Source of the DNA: an uncultured virus (IMG/VR IMGVR_UViG_3300006674_000076)
Taxonomy: Duplodnaviria > Heunggongvirae > Uroviricota > Caudoviricetes
DNA length: 64,000 nucleotides
IMG/VR virus record: IMGVR_UViG_3300006674_000076
Location: 1-64,000 of that record
Direction: 5' to 3' (one strand)
Shown: in pieces, positions 9,078 to 17,405 of the stretch
Layout: each line of letters starts with the position of its first letter
How positions within the stretch are numbered: the first letter of the stretch is position 1
Position numbers and translations under genes: made by a program
The notes under the pieces: model-generated
Database searches by the model: none
Told to the model about the DNA's origin: nothing
What the model saw: only the letters and a program-made list of their open reading frames with translations

Positions 9078-9301
9078 GGGAGGCATTAAGCATGAACGGA
9101 TGGGAACTTGACACAATTGACAGCCGTGTACAGTTAGTCGTAAACGTCATGTCTACCATCGGATACGTTCCACGTGCCGTTGTAAAACGTTACCAAGACC
9201 AGCTACAATTTTCTAAACATAGCGTCAAAGTAGCTTTCTACAAAAAACTAAAGGCACAATGCCCAAAAGCATTACACTACTTCTTTTTCACGGAGGAGTA
9301 A
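9074..9301 (+). CDS. hypothetical protein
   Basis: ATGA overlap with previous stop. Confidence 0.5.
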   Translation: MREALSMNGWELDTIDSRVQLVVNVMSTIGYVPRAVVKRYQDQLQFSKHSVKVAFYKKLKAQCPKALHYFFFTEE

Positions 9302-9311
9302 GAATGATAGC

Positions 9312-9425
9312 AAAAAAGGAAGGGGGCGGGTATCCCCCGCCCCATTGTGGAGGTGACACGTGCGGTGGGAGGGAGCACAAGGGAGGGAGGGATAGGCGAA
9401 CAGAAGCAGGGGTGGTTTGCTCCCC
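9312..9425 (-). ncRNA. candidate small RNA with C-rich anti-SD loops
   Basis: Minus-strand TGG-TATAAT (9440-9432), small hairpins with CCACCCC/TCCCTCCC/TCACCTC loops, GGGGCGGG/CCCGCCCC terminator plus T6. Confidence 0.55.
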
Positions 9426-9478
9426 ACAAACATTATACCACGAACATGTCGTATAATATAAACAAGGGAGGGAATGCG

Positions 9479-10390
9479 ATGGATTGTCAACAAGCAGTCA
9501 AACAAGTGTTACAAATGCTCGCAGGACAGCAAAACGTGTTAGTGGTTCCCCGTGGATTGGTGGATTTTGTCGGTTCTATAGAAGGCGCAATCCTGCTAAA
9601 CCAAATGCTGTATTGGAGTTCACGTACTGAAGATGGGGAGTTTTGGAAAACGTACGAACAATGGCGTGAAGAAACGTCGTTGTCACAATATCAGGTACGC
9701 AAATACGTGAAGCAGTTCCAAGACATGGGCTTTCTTGAGGTGTCATTCAAAAAGGAAAACGGCACGCCTGTGCTACATTACAAGTTGGATATTGACAAGC
9801 TACTACACAAAATAAGCGAGGTGTTAACTTCACAAGTTCGACCCTGTAAAAACTACAAGGTCGACCTTAAAAAAACTACAAGGTTGACCCTTAAAAAACT
9901 ACAAGGTCCTATATATATACATAGATTACAAACAAAGACTACAAACAAAAATATATGTACGCACAACGCAAATGAACAAAATTCACAAGTTCCACAAAAC
10001 GTGCCCCTTATTGAAGCACTTAGCTTAACACGTATTCCACAAAAACGAGCTGGTCGGGGTAAGGAGCAACCACCGAAGTTAGACGCAATCCAAAAAGACC
10101 GTTTTGAAGAGTTTTGGAAGCTGTATCCCCGTAAACGTAACAAGTACGACGCTATGCGAGCATGGGAGGTGATAGAGCCGGACAGTGAACTGTTTGAACA
10201 AATAATGTCCGGCTTGAGAAAAGCAGTGAATTCAAAAGAATGGAAGGAACAAGACGGGAGGTACATCCCTTATCCGGTAACGTGGTTAAGAAAATACCGG
10301 TGGTTGGATGAGTACACGGAAAACGAAGAACATTTTGACCGGTGGGAAGTGCTTTTAGCACAACGTAAACAAGGAGGGAAAACATTATGA
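9479..10390 (+). CDS. phage replication initiator / replisome organiser
   Basis: AILLNQMLYWS..FWKTYEQWREET wHTH-like N-terminus; FEEFWKLYPRK..YIPYPVTWL C-terminus; internal iterons. Confidence 0.82.
   Translation: MDCQQAVKQVLQMLAGQQNVLVVPRGLVDFVGSIEGAILLNQMLYWSSRTEDGEFWKTYEQWREETSLSQYQVRKYVKQFQDMGFLEVSFKKENGTPVLHYKLDIDKLLHKISEVLTSQVRPCKNYKVDLKKTTRLTLKKLQGPIYIHRLQTKTTNKNICTHNANEQNSQVPQNVPLIEALSLTRIPQKRAGRGKEQPPKLDAIQKDRFEEFWKLYPRKRNKYDAMRAWEVIEPDSELFEQIMSGLRKAVNSKEWKEQDGRYIPYPVTWLRKYRWLDEYTENEEHFDRWEVLLAQRKQGGKTL
9832..9960 (+). repeat. putative origin of module A: four 23-bp-period iterons plus AT-rich tract
   Basis: ACAAG(G/T)T(C/T)GACC..AAAAACT units at 9832, 9855, 9878 and a partial one at 9901; core AAGGTCGACCTT is palindromic. 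Confidence 0.8.
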
Positions 10391-10743
10391 ATGGACAGGT
10401 GCACGTGGGCACTGAGGTGTATGGGCGAATAAGTGGAATGGAATGCCTGATTTTAGCAGTAGACGAAAAAAGCAAAAGCAAGTTAGAAGGCAAATACGTG
10501 TCTAAGCACGGCCTAATTACGTTGTACTGCGATTTAGCGAGAATAAGGATAAATAGGGTAATTGTGCAATCATGGGTAAGAGACGACGTCGCAGACTGGA
10601 GAATTTTGCTATATTGTTCATTTGAAGACAAAGGGGATTTTACCCGTCTACTTCCACACAAGCCTACACTTATTTTGGATTGCTACGACGAAGTTCCGAA
10701 AGACAAAGAAAATGAGTACGTTGAAGTTAGGTGGGTAGCATAA
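10387..10743 (+). CDS. hypothetical protein, family IV
   Basis: Paralog of 10776 and 11568 ORFs (LEGK.VSK, LDC.DE..VRW). Confidence 0.7.
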   Translation: MNGQVHVGTEVYGRISGMECLILAVDEKSKSKLEGKYVSKHGLITLYCDLARIRINRVIVQSWVRDDVADWRILLYCSFEDKGDFTRLLPHKPTLILDCYDEVPKDKENEYVEVRWVA

Positions 10744-10775
10744 GCATGTACAATACAAGTAAGGAGGGAACAAAA

Positions 10776-11105
10776 ATGAAAATGGAAGTTGGAACGGTGG
10801 CGTGTGTGGTAGAGGACAGAAGGGTCTTTGTGTCAGTGCAAAGAGGAGCAATTCCCGAGTTAGATGGCAAGTTCATTAGCAGGCATGTGTTGTTGAAGCT
10901 TGACGATGAAGAGTTGCCCGTAGTAGTTAGGCGTTGCGAGTTGTGGCCGCAGAATAAGTGCGGAACGATAGTGTGGTCTATGCTAATGGAGTTTGAAAGT
11001 GAAGACAAAGACCCTGCATTTTTGGATGGAACTCACCCTGTAATTGTGCTTGATTGTAGAGAAGAGTTCAGCGATGATGAAGATTATATCAGGGTGCAAA
11101 GGTAA
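10776..11105 (+). CDS. hypothetical protein, family IV
   Basis: IPELDGKFISR, PVVV.R, VWSM, LDCREE. Confidence 0.7.
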   Translation: MKMEVGTVACVVEDRRVFVSVQRGAIPELDGKFISRHVLLKLDDEELPVVVRRCELWPQNKCGTIVWSMLMEFESEDKDPAFLDGTHPVIVLDCREEFSDDEDYIRVQR

Positions 11106-11118
11106 GGAGGTGGCGGGA

Positions 11119-11550
11119 ATGACAGGGAATAAAGAGAGTTTGAGAATGAAGCTTGAAGATATTGCAGGAGAGCTGGGGAACATGTCAGATTATCCGGCTA
11201 TAGGGGATTACCAAAAAATGGCACTGCACCTGATTGTAGCATCCATTAGCACAGAACTTGAGAACAGCGACGAGGATATTCCGGATAAGGATGTGGAACA
11301 GGCAGTAGCAATATTTTACGAAAACGTGTTTAGTGAATTAGCAAAAATGGCAAACGAAGTAGAAAGGATTAGCCGAAAAAACCTAACATACAAAGAAGCG
11401 ACGCAAAAATTGTTTAGCATTCATGCGGATTTTGAGAACAAAACGGAACGCAAAATAAAAAGCAGGGTAAAAAGCAAAGCAATAAAACGTGCCTGTTATA
11501 GGGCATTAAGGGAAGTTAGCAATTACGTCTATGACGTAATGCAAATATAA
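11119..11550 (+). CDS. hypothetical protein, family V
   Basis: LEDIAGELGNMSDYPAIGDYQKM matches 48060..48527. Confidence 0.7.
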   Translation: MTGNKESLRMKLEDIAGELGNMSDYPAIGDYQKMALHLIVASISTELENSDEDIPDKDVEQAVAIFYENVFSELAKMANEVERISRKNLTYKEATQKLFSIHADFENKTERKIKSRVKSKAIKRACYRALREVSNYVYDVMQI

Positions 11551-11567
11551 AGAAGGAGGGAGCGGGA

Positions 11568-11912
11568 ATGAAACAGGAAGTTAGGACAGTATCAAGCGTA
11601 GTGCAGGATGGCAAGGCGTATGTGTATGTGTTGCAGTCGTATATCCCAGTATTAGAAGGCAAGAGCGTTAGCAAGATGGCTGTTGTAAAGTTGGGGGACG
11701 TTGAGATCCCTGTAGTAGTAGAGAGGTTTAATGTGTTGCCGCAAATTAAAGGCAATAGGGTAGTTTGGTCAATGGTAGTGGAGTTAAGAAGCCAAGACAT
11801 GAAACTTAACTTTTTACACGGAGCCAGTCCTATAATCGTGTTTGATTGTAGGGACGAGGTAAGCAAGGAAGAAGAAGAAGAAAACTTTATACAGGTGAGG
11901 TGGTTGGCATGA
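11568..11912 (+). CDS. hypothetical protein, family IV
   Basis: IPVLEGKSVSK, PVVVER, VWSM, FDCRDE. Confidence 0.7.
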   Translation: MKQEVRTVSSVVQDGKAYVYVLQSYIPVLEGKSVSKMAVVKLGDVEIPVVVERFNVLPQIKGNRVVWSMVVELRSQDMKLNFLHGASPIIVFDCRDEVSKEEEEENFIQVRWLA

Positions 11913-12259
11913 AAATGGTAGATTTGGAAGGGCGTTTACTTGAGGCAAAAAGTGATATGAGCGAGTTCACGGTGTTGTTTGAGAATGACATTAAGTATGT
12001 TAGGCGTGAGAGGTTAGTCCCAGATGCTTATACTTGTTACGATAATGAGTGGGTCTTGCTAAAGATTAAGGACGTAACAATTGTTGTGGATTGGAGCAAG
12101 GATGAGCCACGGGCTGGGTTAAAGGTAACGTTTACCTCCAAACAAATGCAGAGTATCGTAACAATGCAAAGAACACAAGGGCTTGAGTTGAAGCCAACTA
12201 TAAGGTTCTTACTTGATGATGTTGGAGTGCACGAAAACGTTGTTGAGGTATTGGCATGA
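11909..12259 (+). CDS. hypothetical protein
   Basis: ATGA-coupled on both sides. Confidence 0.55.
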   Translation: MKMVDLEGRLLEAKSDMSEFTVLFENDIKYVRRERLVPDAYTCYDNEWVLLKIKDVTIVVDWSKDEPRAGLKVTFTSKQMQSIVTMQRTQGLELKPTIRFLLDDVGVHENVVEVLA

Positions 12260-13095
12260 ACAAAGAAGATTTGGAACAAAAAATGGAGCTTAGCAAAAAA
12301 CGTTTTGAACGCATGATGGAACTGCTACAAAACGCACCTGTGGTGGAGTACAAAATACTTGACCCGTCCATGTGCATTTGGGAGTACCGTCAATGTGAAA
12401 TATGTGGCAAGGAGGAGGTGATTGAAGAACCGGATTTGGGAGCACAAATAAAACGTATGCGGTATGACGTACGTGAATGTTACAAGACCGTTTATGGTAG
12501 AAAACTACTAAAGCAAAGCGGTCTACAAGGAGAGGAGGTGATGCACTCTTTTGAAAACGCTGTAGTAGACAATTACAATAGGGAGGTGATAGAAACACTG
12601 AGAAAATGGCAGCCGAACGGGGGGAGAGGTATAATCCTCTCCTCCCACCGCACAAAAACGAATCCACTTGGGAACGGAACTGGGAAGTCGTACATGTTAC
12701 ACGCTTTGACGAGAAAGCTATGTTTAGAAGGTTACACGTGTAGGTATGGCAGAACGGTAGACTTCCTTGCCGAACTAAAACGTGCATACGACAGCGACGA
12801 CGGTAGCGAATATGAGGTTACGCAGGCATATATTGACTGTGACGTGCTGCTATGGGATGACCTCGGTAAAGAAAACATACGTTCCGACTGGGCTCCGGAA
12901 CGTTTTTACTATGTCATTGACAGGCGGGTAACCTTAAAGAAACCAATGGTAATAAGTACAAACCTAACAGTAGCGGAGATAGAAGAACATTTTGGCAAAG
13001 ACAATTTTGGCCCAGCGATTGTCAGCAGATTGCTGGGGTCGTGTGATATACTTTACTTGGACGGTTACGATAGAAGGTTAACGCTGGATGCGTAA
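12256..13095 (+). CDS. DnaC/IstB-like AAA+ helicase loader
   Basis: Walker A GNGTGKS, Walker B LLWDDLGKE, ISTNL, SRL, D.R; N-terminal Cys cluster. Confidence 0.88.
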   Translation: MNKEDLEQKMELSKKRFERMMELLQNAPVVEYKILDPSMCIWEYRQCEICGKEEVIEEPDLGAQIKRMRYDVRECYKTVYGRKLLKQSGLQGEEVMHSFENAVVDNYNREVIETLRKWQPNGGRGIILSSHRTKTNPLGNGTGKSYMLHALTRKLCLEGYTCRYGRTVDFLAELKRAYDSDDGSEYEVTQAYIDCDVLLWDDLGKENIRSDWAPERFYYVIDRRVTLKKPMVISTNLTVAEIEEHFGKDNFGPAIVSRLLGSCDILYLDGYDRRLTLDA

Positions 13096-13110
13096 AGGGG
13101 GCCGTTATTT

Positions 13111-13371
13111 ATGTTTGTTGATACGGGTTCAGGTGTGTTTTTGAACACTGATTATATTGGTAGCATGATGCTCATAAGCAATTTCACGGAGGAAGGCAAA
13201 GAACAGTGGTTCATTAAAGCATTTGGGTATTTTCAGCTTCCTGATAGGTACTTACAGCCAGATGGCAGCGTTATTATTGGGCCTTTTACCAGCCAAGAGG
13301 AAGCATTGAAGTTTATAGGATTTGCTGATTCCGAAATTGTCTTCGAGGCCGAAGATGCTGAGGCACATTGA
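13111..13371 (+). CDS. hypothetical protein, family VI
   Basis: IGPF.S.EEA motif shared with 45143..45463. Confidence 0.6.
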   Translation: MFVDTGSGVFLNTDYIGSMMLISNFTEEGKEQWFIKAFGYFQLPDRYLQPDGSVIIGPFTSQEEALKFIGFADSEIVFEAEDAEAH

Positions 13372-14218
13372 TGAGATTAGAGCGGAAGGTTCGGTAATAG
13401 ACTTAAGGCTAACCTCAGATGAGGATATAAAAGGCTCATTGTATTTGCTTTCAGATGTACATTTTGATGCTATGGCTTGTGATAGGGATGCGTTGAAGCG
13501 TAGTTTAGATAGAGCACTCGAGGAAGATGCTTTAATTATCATCGGCGGCGACTGGTTTGACGCAATGCAGGGTAAGTTTGACCCGAGGCGAAATTTGGAC
13601 GAGTTGCGTCCCGAGTATCGCTGTGAGAAGTATTTCGATGTAGTGGTGGAGGATAGTGCAGAGTTTTTAAAGCCCTATGCCAGAAACATTATAGCAGTAA
13701 CCCAAGGTAATCACGAGTTGGCCGTTAGAAAGAATTCAAACACCGATTTGTGCGATAGATTAGTGTTTCATTTACGTTTGGCTGGCAGCCGTGCGGTAAC
13801 AGGGAAGTGGAAGGGCTGGTTCAGGTTTCGTTTTTCAGTTAAGGGTCATTATTCATCGTTGAAAATGTATTATGCACATTCAGCCGCAGGTGCAAATGCT
13901 CCAGTAACCCGAGGCGTGATAGCCACAAACAGACAAGCGGTGTATGAGCCAGATGCTGACATTGTGTGGAATGGCCATACACATACAGCATACATTGTAC
14001 CGATTGTTCGAGATAGATTGAGCAATAAGGGACGAGTTTACCAAGACATCGGCTGGTATGTGCGGACACCGGGCTATAAACGTGATTGGCAAGAAGACGA
14101 TTCGTTTATAGCGCAGAAAGGGTATGGGCCACAGCCCGTAGGATGTGCAAAGGTGGATATTTACGCTGGGTATAAGGGTTTCCCAAGGGTGCATACAAGC
14201 TTGGAGATTGAGGCATGA
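13355..14218 (+). CDS. calcineurin-like metallophosphoesterase
   Basis: SDVH, GGDWFD, GNHE, NGHTH motifs. Confidence 0.85.
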   Translation: MLRHIDEIRAEGSVIDLRLTSDEDIKGSLYLLSDVHFDAMACDRDALKRSLDRALEEDALIIIGGDWFDAMQGKFDPRRNLDELRPEYRCEKYFDVVVEDSAEFLKPYARNIIAVTQGNHELAVRKNSNTDLCDRLVFHLRLAGSRAVTGKWKGWFRFRFSVKGHYSSLKMYYAHSAAGANAPVTRGVIATNRQAVYEPDADIVWNGHTHTAYIVPIVRDRLSNKGRVYQDIGWYVRTPGYKRDWQEDDSFIAQKGYGPQPVGCAKVDIYAGYKGFPRVHTSLEIEA

Positions 14219-14541
14219 ATAGTAAGCGTAAAGGCAAGCGAGGAGAACTTGAGCTCGCAAAGAAACTCCAAGAGTATGGCTTTAATACGAGAAGAGGGCA
14301 GCAATATTCAGGGTTGGGTGGTGATGACGTTGTCGGGCTGGAAGGCATTCACATTGAGTGTAAAAGAGTTGAGCGATTGAACGTTTACGATGCGATGGAA
14401 CAAGCTATAAAAGATGCTAAAGCAGATGAGCTACCAGCAGTATTTTGGCGTAAGAACAAGAAGGAGTGGCTTGTTACGATGACTTTGAGCGATTGGATTG
14501 AGCTTTATAAGGGATGGCTGTGGAGCGAAAAAAATGTTTAA
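14215..14541 (+). CDS. PD-(D/E)XK nuclease, putative Holliday-junction resolvase
   Basis: SKRKGKRGELE..D.V..IECKR. Confidence 0.7.
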   Translation: MNSKRKGKRGELELAKKLQEYGFNTRRGQQYSGLGGDDVVGLEGIHIECKRVERLNVYDAMEQAIKDAKADELPAVFWRKNKKEWLVTMTLSDWIELYKGWLWSEKNV

Positions 14542-14601
14542 TGGGGTCAATGGCGTCATAAAGGGGTCACAAAGGGGTCATATGCGCCACAAAGGGGCCA
14601 A

Positions 14602-14835
14602 GTGCGAGAAGTTTTAGAGTTTGACATGTTATCTCACAGAAAGGATGAGGTAGATAGAATTATGAGCGATGACAAGTTTGATAGTATGGAAATTATAAAT
14701 AGAGAAAGGAAACAAGAGATAATGAAGAGACAGAGTGCGCACGATTATGTTTATTGTCCAGAATGTGGCGCGCCAGTAATTCACGAGAGCGGCTGTGTAG
14801 TGTGTCCGAGTTGTGGGTGGGGTATGTGTGGCTAA
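14602..14835 (+). CDS. small zinc-ribbon protein (start may be 14662)
   Basis: CPECG..HESGCVVCPSCGWGMCG. Confidence 0.6.
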   Translation: MREVLEFDMLSHRKDEVDRIMSDDKFDSMEIINRERKQEIMKRQSAHDYVYCPECGAPVIHESGCVVCPSCGWGMCG

Positions 14836-15766
14836 GCGACTAAGAGCTCCATTTACTTGGTATGGAGGAAAACATTTTATGGTTAAAAAACTCTTGCCTT
14901 TAATACCGAAACACCACACGTATGTGGAGGTGTTTGGTGGTGCTGCCAGCTTACTTTTAGCTAAAGATCCATCGCCAGTGGAGGTGTATAACGACATTGA
15001 CAGTGGGCTAGTTAACTTCTTTAGGGTGCTAAGGGATAAAAATAAGTTTCAGAAATTTTACGAGCAGGTCGTGCTAATGCCTTACTCCCGAGAGGAGTAC
15101 TATGAATGCCGGGAGACCTGGGACAAAGAAGAGGATGACGTGCAGATGGCAGTTAAATGGTTTGTGGTGGCAAGGCAGAGCTTTAGCGGCAATTTCGGCA
15201 GATCCTGGGGATATAGTGTAACAAGTTCAGTACGTGGAATGGCGAATAATATAAGCAAGTACTGGGGAGCCATAGACATGTTACCTGAGGTTGCTGAGAG
15301 GTTGTTACGGGTTCAGATAGAGCACAACGATTTTAGAAAAATTCTTAAGGCGTACGATACCGAAAACACCTTTTTTTACTTAGATCCGCCATATGTGCTA
15401 GATACACGAACCGAAGCTGTGTATCGTTACGAGATGGCTTTAGAAGACCATCAGGAGTTAGTGGATATGCTGCTACACATTACGGGTAAAGCAATGCTAT
15501 CGGGTTACGACCACGAAGTGTATAAGCCGTTAGAAGAAGCTGGGTGGACTAAATTGGTGTTTGAAGCTATGTGCATGGTTCCAGGAAGGACTAGAGCCAC
15601 GAAGTACATCTGTAATGACAGCAATAAGCATAAACTTAAGCGTAAAGAGTGTGTTTGGCTAAATTACGTTCCTGCTCCACATAAGCAGATGGAGCTGCTG
15701 GGCGTAAAGTACGGGACGGAAAACAATGTTAATCCAGGTAATGGCACCGAGACACAAGGTGAATAG
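14828..15766 (+). CDS. Dam-like (D12 class) N6-adenine DNA methyltransferase
   Basis: WYGGK, YVEVFGGAAS, EVYND, FYLDPPY, MLSGY. Confidence 0.9.
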   Translation: MAKRLRAPFTWYGGKHFMVKKLLPLIPKHHTYVEVFGGAASLLLAKDPSPVEVYNDIDSGLVNFFRVLRDKNKFQKFYEQVVLMPYSREEYYECRETWDKEEDDVQMAVKWFVVARQSFSGNFGRSWGYSVTSSVRGMANNISKYWGAIDMLPEVAERLLRVQIEHNDFRKILKAYDTENTFFYLDPPYVLDTRTEAVYRYEMALEDHQELVDMLLHITGKAMLSGYDHEVYKPLEEAGWTKLVFEAMCMVPGRTRATKYICNDSNKHKLKRKECVWLNYVPAPHKQMELLGVKYGTENNVNPGNGTETQGE

Positions 15767-15861
15767 TATTATGAATTACGTCAAAATGCAAACTACGGCA
15801 AAAGTGGGTAGGAGCGGTTGTGTAACTTGTCCGTCATGTGGGTGGAGTTTGTGCGGATGAA

Positions 15862-16821
15862 ATGAGCGAGTATGCTGTAACACCAGAAACACTTAAGATT
15901 AGGCAAGCATGGCCGTTAGAGTTGAAAGTTGAATGGGCAAAAGCCAAAATTAGGGAATGGGTGCATTATTGGGGCTTAGATGGTGTCTATGTTTCATTCA
16001 GTGGTGGTAAAGACAGCACCGTTTTGTTGCATTTGGCACGTGAATTGTATCCAGACATTAAAGCCGTATTTATTGATACTGGACTTGAATATCCAGAAGT
16101 AAGAGAATTTGTTAAAACGTGGGACAATGTGGACTGGATAAAGCCAGAAAAGAGCTTTAGACAAGTTATAGAAAAGCATGGGTATCCAGTTGTATCAAAG
16201 GAGGTTTCTGGTCGCATCGAGCGCATACGCAGAAAGCCAGATGATGTCGAATATGTTAATCACTGGAAATATGGAATTAAGCCCGATGGAACAAAATCGG
16301 CTTTTAGACTTCCTAAAAAGTGGTGGTATTTGATAGATGCAGATTTTAAAATTAGTGATAGATGTTGTTTGGAATTGAAAAAGGGACCAATAAAAAAGTA
16401 TGAGAAGAAAAACAATGTGGTTCCAATTATTGGATTGAAAGTAACCGATGGAATAAAAAGAAGAATGAACTATTGCAAAGAAGGTTGTAATGCTTTTAAT
16501 GCAAAACGTCCGATTAGTAAACCATTGTCCATATGGACTGACCAAGACATTTTGAGATATATCAAAGAAAACAATTTACCGATAGCAAAATGCTACGGTG
16601 ATATAATAGAAGACGAAGATGGAAAATTAAAAACAACTGGCTTAAGTGGGACTGGTTGTATGTTTTGCATGTTTGGAGTGCACATGGAACAGTGTCCAAA
16701 CAGATTTCAGCAAATGAAAATCAATCACCCTAAGCAATGGGAATATTGCATGAAACCGTTTGAAGAAGGCGGTTTGGGGCTAAAACACGTGTTAGAGGTG
16801 TTAAATGTCCCATACGAGTAG
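15862..16821 (+). CDS. PAPS-reductase-family (PP-loop) protein
   Basis: VSFSGGKDS, DTGLE, CC..LKK.P, TGCMFC. Confidence 0.85.
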   Translation: MSEYAVTPETLKIRQAWPLELKVEWAKAKIREWVHYWGLDGVYVSFSGGKDSTVLLHLARELYPDIKAVFIDTGLEYPEVREFVKTWDNVDWIKPEKSFRQVIEKHGYPVVSKEVSGRIERIRRKPDDVEYVNHWKYGIKPDGTKSAFRLPKKWWYLIDADFKISDRCCLELKKGPIKKYEKKNNVVPIIGLKVTDGIKRRMNYCKEGCNAFNAKRPISKPLSIWTDQDILRYIKENNLPIAKCYGDIIEDEDGKLKTTGLSGTGCMFCMFGVHMEQCPNRFQQMKINHPKQWEYCMKPFEEGGLGLKHVLEVLNVPYE

Positions 16822-16844
16822 TTTTATCAAAGAGGTGAAAAATA

Positions 16845-17405
16845 TTGGCTACTAAGAGGGATAAAATATGGCTAAGACAGCCAAATGAACCTCAAAATGA
16901 GTATAATTTGTTTGAAAAATACTTAATGTTAGGCGTTGGACGTTCCTTAGAACAGCTTGCAAAGATGCAGGGAAGAACAAAAGTGCCTGCATCTTATGTT
17001 ACTTTCTATCAAAACTATAATTGGGAGGAGCGAGCCAACGCATATGACGAATACATATTGGAGGAAAGAGGCAAAAAGAGAGCATTTACATCAGATAAAC
17101 TACATGAAGAGCTCACTGGAGTTGCCCAAAAGTTCCTTGATAAGGTTAATCAACGCTTGGCTACTCTCGATGCAGAGTCATTATCGCCAAAAGATGTTAA
17201 AGAATGGGTCGATGCGATTGTAAAAGTGCAAAAATTGAGTGCTGACATGGGCTTAAATTACAGTAAAAACGGCAAAAAGACGTCTTTCAACACTCCTTTG
17301 GTTGAAGTTGTGATAAAACAAGACGAAAAAGAGGAAAAAGAGCTTCCAAAACCGCAAATTATCAATGTAGAAGACGAAAAAGAAGCGATTGGTGGTGAAG
17401 AATAG
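16845..17405 (+). CDS. putative terminase small subunit (TTG start)
   Basis: Position upstream of TerL; W.RQPNE..Y..F..Y..RSL..W.ERA.AYD pattern. Confidence 0.7.
   Translation: MATKRDKIWLRQPNEPQNEYNLFEKYLMLGVGRSLEQLAKMQGRTKVPASYVTFYQNYNWEERANAYDEYILEERGKKRAFTSDKLHEELTGVAQKFLDKVNQRLATLDAESLSPKDVKEWVDAIVKVQKLSADMGLNYSKNGKKTSFNTPLVEVVIKQDEKEEKELPKPQIINVEDEKEAIGGEE

Noticed and set aside
9259..9478. ORF 9259..9456 and the long N-terminus from 9347
   Set aside because: GC hairpin region with poor coding signal; promoter and RBS support initiator start at 9479
15862..16821. PAPS-reductase genes as Dnd/Ssp phosphorothioation or sulfate assimilation
   Set aside because: No partner genes visible; solitary copies are common in phages
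16957..17223. Alternate-frame and antisense ORFs repeated in both copies (e.g. also 17362..17565, 23878..24144)
   Set aside because: Conserved only because DNA is near identical; no RBS or recognisable motifs
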